DNA of 32,000 bases from Coprobacillaceae bacterium (GCA_963675915.1 OY780959.1:1950001-1982000), one strand, 5' to 3'. Counted from the stretch's first letter, positions 9,199-16,714 are shown. Numbers and translations: made by a program. Notes: generated from the letters alone by a model not told the origin.

Positions 9199-9296
9199 AA
9201 CAATCCAGACAAGATTCTTCCAAACAAACCAATTATCCCGAATAAGATACTGCCAAAAATAATGGTCTGACCATATTCTCCAATCAATTCTCTCAT
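9195..9296 (-). CDS. Flp-like pilin-type peptide (33 aa), not in the ORF track
   Basis: Manual translation gives MRELIGEYGQTIIFGSILFGIIGLFGRILSGLL. Its ATG shares 1 nt with the platform-gene stop (TGATG). A GGTGA-type SD lies about 5 nt upstream. Confidence 0.45.
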   Translation of the reverse strand: MRELIGEYGQTIIFGSILFGIIGLFGRILSGLL

Positions 9297-10768
9297 CAAA
9301 TCACCCGCATCTTTCCAATCAATAACAAAACAAATCCCGACATGTCCCCCATCATTTTGAATGTTGCCAGTAGCATCGGCAGATATTGCAACACCCCCAT
9401 GAAAGCAATCTTGTTTTCATGATATAGTCGCTCAGTTTTATCAACAAGTTTGTTATTTCTTGTCATCAATTCGTTTAAAAAACGGGAACTTTCACCATTG
9501 CCATTGATATCCAGAGCATATAAGGCCCGCATCAGAGATTTCACCTCTGACAAATTGTATTCACCTAAGAAATCATTGTATGGCAGCAATGAATTGGGAT
9601 TTTCTTGAAGTTCATTCAAGAATTTTGTGATTGCTCCCTTCATAATATGCGGTGCTTCAACAAGCGACTGTTCTATCGCCACGTGGACATTATTATTTTG
9701 AAGCAAAAGTGTAACTTGCAACAACCACTGCGGAAAAGCAAGTTCGATCTCCTTAATAATCTTTTGGCGCATCCTTTTTTTCCGGCTCCATATCTTACTC
9801 CCGACAATCAGTCCAATCATAATCAAGACCAGTGAAACAAGTAAGCGACCTGCGAGGTACGCCCCTACAGCCAGGCCAAGCGTGACCGCCAGTAAAATTA
9901 TTTCATTTTTGCCAAAAATGCTTTTGGTCCCGAAAAGTTCATAGGCCCGGTCAATTTCATTTTTTTTCATCAGTTGGATTCCATCAAAATATCTCCCGGT
10001 CAGCTTGCGCCTTACCACGACCACAAGCGCAATCAATCCCAACAAATAGGCCAAGGAAATGACTTTGACATACACCAAATCAAAAATGTTCAACTCACCT
10101 GGCAAAATGATGCCCATCACCGCAGCAATCAAAGAAGCCATCAATGCCGAAATATAGATATTCTTTTCGATTTGATGTTGTGATTTGGTTAAGAGATATA
10201 CTCTTTGGACCCACAACAGTCTTTCTTGGGCAAGTAGATCAAGTGTCTCCTGATAGGCGCCACCCCATTTTTCAATTTGGATTAAAAACCGATGAATTTT
10301 TTCAAGACGGTAACAATTGAATTCCTGTTCGATAATGGCAAATGATTTCTCATAGATATCCGGCTCTTCGTTAAATTCCAGATAGGAGATAACCTGCTCA
10401 AGGCGTTCGAGCAAGATTCCATCTTTGAAAATCTGACTGGTTTCCTGTAAGGATATCAGCAGATTGCCATGACGTTTGAAAGACATCATCAGCTGCTCTA
10501 GATAATTATTCAAGTCATCGAAGCGACGTTGTTGATAAAGATCCCGATATGTATCCCTAATCACCATCGGAACGGCAATCATCATTGCCAGCACAAGAAT
10601 GACCAAATAGATGGAGCGGAGTTGAAACAAGTAACCAATCACAAGGATTCCCACAGTCGATCCGGCCATTATCTTATAAAATCGGGAAGTTGAAAATTCA
10701 TAGCCGTATTCCGCTATTTCCCGATGCATATCTTTTAATCTCATTATCTTCATAATTATCAAGATCAA
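9296..10768 (-). CDS. Fused TadB/TadC-like (T2SS-F family) inner-membrane platform protein
   Basis: ORF track, 490 aa (TTG start; ATG alternatives at 10753 and 10744). It has an internally duplicated architecture, seen twice: 2 TM helices, a cytoplasmic helical domain of about 130 aa, then TM helix or helices. It sits directly downstream of the secretion ATPase. Confidence 0.65.
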   Translation of the reverse strand: MILIIMKIMRLKDMHREIAEYGYEFSTSRFYKIMAGSTVGILVIGYLFQLRSIYLVILVLAMMIAVPMVIRDTYRDLYQQRRFDDLNNYLEQLMMSFKRHGNLLISLQETSQIFKDGILLERLEQVISYLEFNEEPDIYEKSFAIIEQEFNCYRLEKIHRFLIQIEKWGGAYQETLDLLAQERLLWVQRVYLLTKSQHQIEKNIYISALMASLIAAVMGIILPGELNIFDLVYVKVISLAYLLGLIALVVVVRRKLTGRYFDGIQLMKKNEIDRAYELFGTKSIFGKNEIILLAVTLGLAVGAYLAGRLLVSLVLIMIGLIVGSKIWSRKKRMRQKIIKEIELAFPQWLLQVTLLLQNNNVHVAIEQSLVEAPHIMKGAITKFLNELQENPNSLLPYNDFLGEYNLSEVKSLMRALYALDINGNGESSRFLNELMTRNNKLVDKTERLYHENKIAFMGVLQYLPMLLATFKMMGDMSGFVLLLIGKMRVI

Positions 10769-11844
10769 TTACCTGAGCAATCGATTTCCTCCTTTCTGTT
10801 TCGCTTAATTTCTTCATATCTTTGATAGGGGAATTTTATTCCATTTCGCTGGAATTTTCGTTTAATTTTACATGGCAGCGGCTGTTGTTTCAGTTTCGCC
10901 TCATCCACCAGAACCACCATCTTGCACTCACCTTCCACGTAATCAAATATGCAAATTTGATCGATCCATCGTCGGATTTCATTATTGGCCAATTTGCGAT
11001 TCACAAGTATCCCGATATCAATGAAATTGAAGATGTCCTCATAAATGACATCGGCGCTGATTTCCAACTGCATCATATTCTTGATTCGCCGGGGAATTTT
11101 ATTGACATCATCGCAATGGATAGTTGTCAGGCCATTGTGACCGGTCGAGAACGCCTCCAAAAGGAATTTGACTTCCCGTGACCTGGCCTCGGAAAGAATA
11201 ATCCATTTGGGCATTTGTCTTAAGCAGGTTTTTATCGCTTTTGGATAATCGAATCTTTGATCATCGACTTTAAGCTCCACACAATCCTTCCCGGGGTTTA
11301 TTTTCGAATACCTTATTTCAAGATTATCTTCAATTGTAATAACTTTTTCGTTTCCTGGAATATATCCAGTCAACCATTTTAATAGTTCTGTTTTGCCCGA
11401 ACCGGTGATTCCGGCGACAATGACATTGCACGATGCTTTGATGCAATTCTCCAGGAAATTCAGAATCGGTGCAGTCGCATATTCGGTTTCCAGCATCATA
11501 TCCCGATCAAGCCGGGATATCGGCGGTGTTTTTCTAATCGATATCGCTACTCCCGATTTGGCTACCGAATCGTGAATTATTGAAATTCTCAAATCTGCAG
11601 TTTCAGCTTCCAGGACATTGTGTTCCTGATTGAAACTTTTCGACACACTGTTTTTTACCCTCATAATAAAAGTGTTGAGAAAGTCTTCACTCAATTCAAG
11701 ATTCACCTTATATCTTCCCCGATGAATGTGATCGACCCAGACATCCCGACCATTATAGTTAATATCGGTTATCGACTCATCCTCAATAAAAGGTAATAAT
11801 TCCCCAAAGCAATTTTGGGGAATTATCTCAAACATTGTTTCCAT
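10765..11844 (-). CDS. CpaF/TadA/VirB11-family secretion ATPase
   Basis: ORF track, 359 aa. Motifs: N-terminal ITDINYNGRDVWVD; Walker A VAGITGSGKTELL; Asp box ITIEDNLEI; Walker B-like RQMPKWIILSEARSRE; His box STGHNGLTTIH. Confidence 0.85.
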   Translation of the reverse strand: METMFEIIPQNCFGELLPFIEDESITDINYNGRDVWVDHIHRGRYKVNLELSEDFLNTFIMRVKNSVSKSFNQEHNVLEAETADLRISIIHDSVAKSGVAISIRKTPPISRLDRDMMLETEYATAPILNFLENCIKASCNVIVAGITGSGKTELLKWLTGYIPGNEKVITIEDNLEIRYSKINPGKDCVELKVDDQRFDYPKAIKTCLRQMPKWIILSEARSREVKFLLEAFSTGHNGLTTIHCDDVNKIPRRIKNMMQLEISADVIYEDIFNFIDIGILVNRKLANNEIRRWIDQICIFDYVEGECKMVVLVDEAKLKQQPLPCKIKRKFQRNGIKFPYQRYEEIKRNRKEEIDCSGN

Positions 11845-12005
11845 TATGATACCGGTTCAGCGGCAGCCTGTGTGGTCAACTCGGTAATCTGACCTTCTAT
11901 CGCATCCCCGATTTGGGTCCCAATCCCCGGCCCGATGCCCACAAATCCCAATATTACCAATGCAGTAACTACAATCAATCCATATTCTCCTAAAAAATCT
12001 TTCAT
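11844..12005 (-). CDS. Flp-family-like pilin (53 aa), candidate major subunit, not in the ORF track
   Basis: Manual translation gives MKDFLGEYGLIVVTALVILGFVGIGPGIGTQIGDAIEGQITELTTQAAAEPVS. AAGGAG RBS 6 nt upstream. The TAA stop shares 1 nt with the ATPase ATG. Confidence 0.6.
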   Translation of the reverse strand: MKDFLGEYGLIVVTALVILGFVGIGPGIGTQIGDAIEGQITELTTQAAAEPVS

Positions 12006-12017
12006 TATTTTCTCCTT

Positions 12018-14414
12018 TTATTCAATATTAAAATTCACCAGAGTCTGACCCTGGTACTTGTTTATTCCATTAATTATAATCGTTCCGATTCCCCGGCCCA
12101 CATTGTTGCGGTACGCTAAACGGTAGTCGGCATTTTCAATAAGTCGTCTTCCTTCAAAATAAATAAGCGGCTTCAAATCCAACGGCTTGCCAGTAAAATT
12201 CTGATCAGGAACCGCAGTCACTACCCCATTTTCAATGTTTCTTTTTACTATAGGTATTGTGATTATTTTGGTCCCGATAAATTCATCAGGAACTGCTACC
12301 TTAGCAATAATTTCATTATTCCAGGTGGTCGACCAAGAAATAAGCGCCCCTTTATCGAGATCGTTCCCCTGATTGTCGGTAATATCCAGCGATTGGAATA
12401 AGTCATTTTCATTGGTAATCCCGCCAAGCGAAACTCTAACATCTTCGACAGTACGAAGTTCCGGTTTTATCAGATCTTCATTAAGCCAATCAATCTCCGG
12501 ACTCATGCAATTCACCCTGAGGTAGTTTGCTTTGATTCTCTTTCTTTGATAATTGTCAATCTCATATGAAACCAACGGTTCGACTCTTTTCAGACTTCTA
12601 TCAAGAAGTGTTCTAAAGTAATAATCCTTCGAGTATCGGCCCCAGACGATGTTGCCATCGCTGTCCGATTTGAAATGGTCGCTGTCGATGAATCTTATCT
12701 GATATGTACTTTCATCTTTCAAATCGTCAATAACCCGAACGTTATAACTGGCAGTTATGTAATATTCGTGTTTAGACATATAACTAAATTCAATTGCGAC
12801 GATGCCGTCATGCTGAAAACTCCCAAAACTGTAAGAACCGGTTTTGATTTGTTCTCCAACTTCCTGACCTTCGTCGACTCCTCGTATTCCGGTACAGTCC
12901 CTGATCAAATAGTCGATATTTTCAGGGGTGATCTGGGATAATCGCAATGTACCATCATGACCGATGATTTCCGGTCGTAAAAATACCAACTGCTCCAAAT
13001 CATAAAGAATTTCAAGGTAATATCCCGAGCCGTCAAAATTGACATAATCGCCAAAATTGTCGGCAGCTATTTGCAAACCTTCTTTGAGTTCAATCTCATT
13101 TACAGTTTCAAACACGGTCCTGCCTTCTTGCTCAACCCACATTTTCAATGGTTTATAATCATTAAGGTTGAACTGGGAAAATTCGCTGGTATGGTAATCC
13201 TCCCCAACTGGAATCTGCTCTTCCTTCAAAATCAGATCCGGGATAGGAGCATAGTATATTACATCGATATTATCATATTCTAAATATTCGATAGTTACCG
13301 TATGCTCTTCACCTGGGATGACATTGGCATAATACGTCTTGGAAACAACACTATAGGGAAATGCGATTTCCCGGGGTGTGATCAAATAAGATCCAGGTGA
13401 CATATCTGGCAGGTTTACTTCTCCGCTTTCATCAGTTCTCAACATTATTGAATATCCATTTGCTCCTGAAACTGTCAGCGGGGCATTCGCTACTGGATTG
13501 TCCATATTTGAACGGGTTTTTATCCTGATTCCACCATTTTCTTGCAATTTCAGATGAATGTTGGTTTTAAGAGTTCGAGAGGTTCTAGTCAATGATCCTA
13601 TCGTCTGATAGCTGTCATTGTCAGGATTTTCAACATCCACCGTTCCTAATACTTTGGCAAGAGTAACAGTGTAATCATATAGATTCCCATTTAAGACAAA
13701 TTCCAAATCACATTCGCTGATTGCGATTCCCCGCTCAGCCTCGAAGTGGAAAAGATCACCACTCTCAAGATATGCAGTCGTTCCGGTCGTCCGGATATTT
13801 TCAGTCTCATTGACAAGAGTAATCCCATCTGGAAGATTGAAATACCCAAAGGTGTTTTCGTCGGCATGGAGTCCGACTGAATCACTGACCAGTCTAGTTT
13901 CCAGATCAAAAAAACCAATATCCGAACTTGTAAAATACAGTTCATGATAATTGGGATCCCTCAAGATGGGTAATTGATTAAAATAATCAATCAGATTGCA
14001 ATTCATGTAGCGATCCAGGGTATAGAAACTGAATCCTCTCATGTCATTAGCGTAAATATGACTTGCCATCAAATGAGTGTAGGTAATCTGGTTTTCAACC
14101 GAAAGATCGCTCATCAGATTGCCTTCGCCGCCATAACCGTAATAGAGGCACTTGATTAGATCGACATTGGCGCTTGTTGCTTGTGAGGTTACTATCCCGT
14201 CCGGTTGCCTAGTTCTCGATGCATTCAGACAAAATGCCATCTCTCCATCGATATTATAGCGTTGGGTTTGCATGCTTGTATAAAAAGGATAAGGAACCGT
14301 CCCATCTTCACCGAGCGTTGCTGCCTGGGCGAAGACTGTCGTCATTACCATGATAACAATCGGGATTATTCCGATTCCCAAACCACATGCCCATTTAAGA
14401 AATTTTGTTTGCAT
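12018..14414 (-). CDS. Large secreted adhesin-like protein (thioester-domain-like N-region, CnaB/SpaA-like fold, C-terminal Ig-like module)
   Basis: The ORF track gives 12018..14453 from TTG. ATG 14414 (MQTKFLKWACGLGIGIIPIVIMVMTTVFAQA) has a GGGGTG SD and yields a signal peptide. Internal landmarks: AFCLNASRTRQP; LYYGYGG; PLTVSGANGYSIMLRTDESGEVNLPDMSPGSYLITP; C-terminal FTGKPLDL...DYRLAYRNNVGRGIGTIIINGINKYQGQ. Confidence 0.6.
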   Translation of the reverse strand: MQTKFLKWACGLGIGIIPIVIMVMTTVFAQAATLGEDGTVPYPFYTSMQTQRYNIDGEMAFCLNASRTRQPDGIVTSQATSANVDLIKCLYYGYGGEGNLMSDLSVENQITYTHLMASHIYANDMRGFSFYTLDRYMNCNLIDYFNQLPILRDPNYHELYFTSSDIGFFDLETRLVSDSVGLHADENTFGYFNLPDGITLVNETENIRTTGTTAYLESGDLFHFEAERGIAISECDLEFVLNGNLYDYTVTLAKVLGTVDVENPDNDSYQTIGSLTRTSRTLKTNIHLKLQENGGIRIKTRSNMDNPVANAPLTVSGANGYSIMLRTDESGEVNLPDMSPGSYLITPREIAFPYSVVSKTYYANVIPGEEHTVTIEYLEYDNIDVIYYAPIPDLILKEEQIPVGEDYHTSEFSQFNLNDYKPLKMWVEQEGRTVFETVNEIELKEGLQIAADNFGDYVNFDGSGYYLEILYDLEQLVFLRPEIIGHDGTLRLSQITPENIDYLIRDCTGIRGVDEGQEVGEQIKTGSYSFGSFQHDGIVAIEFSYMSKHEYYITASYNVRVIDDLKDESTYQIRFIDSDHFKSDSDGNIVWGRYSKDYYFRTLLDRSLKRVEPLVSYEIDNYQRKRIKANYLRVNCMSPEIDWLNEDLIKPELRTVEDVRVSLGGITNENDLFQSLDITDNQGNDLDKGALISWSTTWNNEIIAKVAVPDEFIGTKIITIPIVKRNIENGVVTAVPDQNFTGKPLDLKPLIYFEGRRLIENADYRLAYRNNVGRGIGTIIINGINKYQGQTLVNFNIE

Positions 14415-15477
14415 TTTCACCCCTTCTTCTTGATTTTTTCCCAAGGCCGCCAATAGCTGTAATCATCGCTAGAAAACTTGCAATGGCAATCACCACTTTT
14501 CCAAAGTCATCTCCGGTCATAACAATCGGATTATCATCGGAATTGTTATGATCAGATGTGACAAGATCATCAACAATAACATTAGAGTCATCTCCTTTCC
14601 GGGCTTTAACACTCTTTGGCTGAGTAACTTGCTGCAAAGGGGGCTCACCGATTTTAGGTTTTGTGGCTGACAAACTAACTGAATCAAGAATAAAATCATA
14701 ATTACTGCGTCTGGCAATAAAATTCCCAATTCGATTGTTGAACTTTATTGTATAGGCAACCCCTTTTTTCAAATAAAAGGTATTGCCCGAAATAGAGCAT
14801 TTTTCCCGGGAGATCAAATCATCACCAAGAAACAGTTCAAAATCTGTTTCTTGGATCAGCTTTGGATCATCGATTTCCATCTTGAAATGGAACGTCACCG
14901 GGAGGTCATTATCGGCTTCTACAGAAAAATCAACTTTCTTATACCCATTGTCTTCCTTTTTGAGAGATGAATAAAATTCTTTAGCATAGTTACCATAAAC
15001 GAAAACAAAGCGATACTCTTTGTCGACTTCTCCTCCTTTGAAATAGTAATAACCATCACGGGTTTCAAGTCGGTCCACCAGACCTTCCTCATCATAAACA
15101 TCAATCCGACTGCCGGGATAATAATCGCAAACCAGCACAATTTCGTTGGCTTCGACAATTATCACCTTCGCGTCTGAGCTGAAATCTATTTCGATATTTT
15201 GCAACTGACGATAACCGGCGATCGTATTGATTTGATTCAATTCATAGATCCGTCTTTCGTCAATGGGAAAATCATAGTCTTGATTCTCACTTTTGAAAAT
15301 GACCGATTCCCCATCCGACGATGACAATTCCAAAATCAGTCCTTCCATCGATTGCTCCACTAACGGCTTCATGCTGTCGATAAATATTAATCGGGACCCT
15401 TCCTGAGCCTGTACCTGATTAGACATTCCAAGCCAAACAAAAAAAGATGCCAAAAGCATCTTAAGTATTTTTTTCAT
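14395..15477 (-). CDS. Secreted surface protein with a C-terminal TM anchor and basic tail
   Basis: ORF track, 360 aa. Signal peptide is MKKILKMLLASFFVWLGMSNQVQAQ. The C-terminus is ...NPIVMTGDDFGKVVIAIASFLAMITAIGGLGKKSRRRG. GGAGGT RBS. Confidence 0.6.
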   Translation of the reverse strand: MKKILKMLLASFFVWLGMSNQVQAQEGSRLIFIDSMKPLVEQSMEGLILELSSSDGESVIFKSENQDYDFPIDERRIYELNQINTIAGYRQLQNIEIDFSSDAKVIIVEANEIVLVCDYYPGSRIDVYDEEGLVDRLETRDGYYYFKGGEVDKEYRFVFVYGNYAKEFYSSLKKEDNGYKKVDFSVEADNDLPVTFHFKMEIDDPKLIQETDFELFLGDDLISREKCSISGNTFYLKKGVAYTIKFNNRIGNFIARRSNYDFILDSVSLSATKPKIGEPPLQQVTQPKSVKARKGDDSNVIVDDLVTSDHNNSDDNPIVMTGDDFGKVVIAIASFLAMITAIGGLGKKSRRRGENANKIS

Positions 15478-15488
15478 GATACCTCCAT

Positions 15489-15512
15489 AAAAAAAAGAGG
15501 CCCCTGACCTCT
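15489..15512 (-). terminator. Rho-independent terminator after ilvA
   Basis: Minus-strand RNA is AGAGG-UCAGGGG-CCUCU followed by U8 (A-run 15489-15495 on the + strand). The first arm touches the ilvA stop codon. The RBS of the next gene starts 2 nt after the U-run. Confidence 0.7.
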
Positions 15513-16714
15513 TAATTTACACGAACTATTTCATAACCCAATTCAGTGAATTTATCCATAATTGTTTTAATATGTTCTTCACCTGATGTTTCGCAAGTAA
15601 CTCGTAATTCAACTTCTGAGAAACGGGCGAAATTCTTAAACTGATTATGCTCAACTCCTATTACATTCGCATCCATTTCATTGAGAACTCTGGATACGAT
15701 TTCAAGTTGTCCGGGTTTGTCAGGTAGTTGAACCGAGAATGTGAAAATTCTTCCTCGGGAAATAAGCCCTTTATTGATCATTGATGAAATTGTCAAAACA
15801 TCAATATTCCCTCCCGAAATCAGTGATACGACTTTTTTGCCCTCGAGGTTAAGTTTCTTGGTTCCAGCCAAAGCCAGAATTCCAGAACCTTCAGCCACGA
15901 GCTTATGTCGTTCAACCAAAAGCAGGAAAGCTTCCATCAGTTCATAATCATCAACCAATACGATTTCGTCGACAAATTCCTTGATATATTCGAATGGTTT
16001 GATTCCTATTTGCTTTACAGCAGTTCCATCCGCAATGGTATTTACTTCTTGAAGCAGGCAAATTTTGTCTTCTTTGACCGCCGCTTCCGCGCTAGCAGCC
16101 CCCTCAGGTTCAACCCCGATAATTTTGATATTAGGATTTATAGCTTTGGCACAGGCAGCAATACCCGAAATCAGACCTCCCCCTCCAATCGGAACCAGAA
16201 TTGCATCCGCATCTGGAAGTTCTTCAAGAATTTCAAGAGCGATTGTCCCTTGCCCTTCGATAACATCCTCATCATCAAACGGATGAATGAATGTCAGATC
16301 ATTTTCTTCTTGCAATTCACAAGCTTTTTGGTATGCTTCATCATACACTTCCCCATAAAGCACCACGTTGGCACCAAGCGCTTTGGTCGCGTTAACTTTG
16401 ATCAAAGGCGTGTGCGCCGGCATTACAATCGTCGCTTCAACCCCTTGTTCTCTTGCAGCGAACGCCACTCCTTGAGCATGGTTTCCTGCTGAAGAAGCAA
16501 TCAAACCTTTACGTTTGGCCTCTTCAGAGAGTTTGCTTATTTTATTATAGGCACCTCTTAATTTGAATGCTCCGGTTTTTTGAAGATTCTCCGGTTTGAT
16601 ATATACTTCATTACCCGACTCCTCACTAAATGCTTCAGAGTAAATTAAAGGTGTTTGCAGTATTACTTTATCAACCCTTTTTTTTGCTTCTTGAAAGTCC
16701 TTTAATTCCAACAT
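15512..16714 (-). CDS. ilvA: Threonine ammonia-lyase (threonine dehydratase) with a C-terminal ACT-like domain
   Basis: ORF track, 400 aa. PLP-lysine context is QKTGAFKLRGA; glycine loop is IGGGGLISG; the regulatory C-domain is about 80 aa. AGGAGG RBS. Confidence 0.9.
   Translation of the reverse strand: MLELKDFQEAKKRVDKVILQTPLIYSEAFSEESGNEVYIKPENLQKTGAFKLRGAYNKISKLSEEAKRKGLIASSAGNHAQGVAFAAREQGVEATIVMPAHTPLIKVNATKALGANVVLYGEVYDEAYQKACELQEENDLTFIHPFDDEDVIEGQGTIALEILEELPDADAILVPIGGGGLISGIAACAKAINPNIKIIGVEPEGAASAEAAVKEDKICLLQEVNTIADGTAVKQIGIKPFEYIKEFVDEIVLVDDYELMEAFLLLVERHKLVAEGSGILALAGTKKLNLEGKKVVSLISGGNIDVLTISSMINKGLISRGRIFTFSVQLPDKPGQLEIVSRVLNEMDANVIGVEHNQFKNFARFSEVELRVTCETSGEEHIKTIMDKFTELGYEIVRVN

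Noticed and set aside
10703-10729. MHREIAEYG near the N-terminus of the platform ORF, as a possible fifth pilin gene.
   Set aside because: It is in frame with the platform protein and continuous with it. A polar segment (YEFSTSRFYK) follows rather than a hydrophobic helix. It is treated as coincidence or an evolutionary relic.
15905-16492. A 195-aa ORF on the + strand, the longest unexplained ORF in the track.
   Set aside because: It is fully antisense to ilvA, whose PLP and glycine-loop motifs are intact. It has no SD sequence and no family resemblance.
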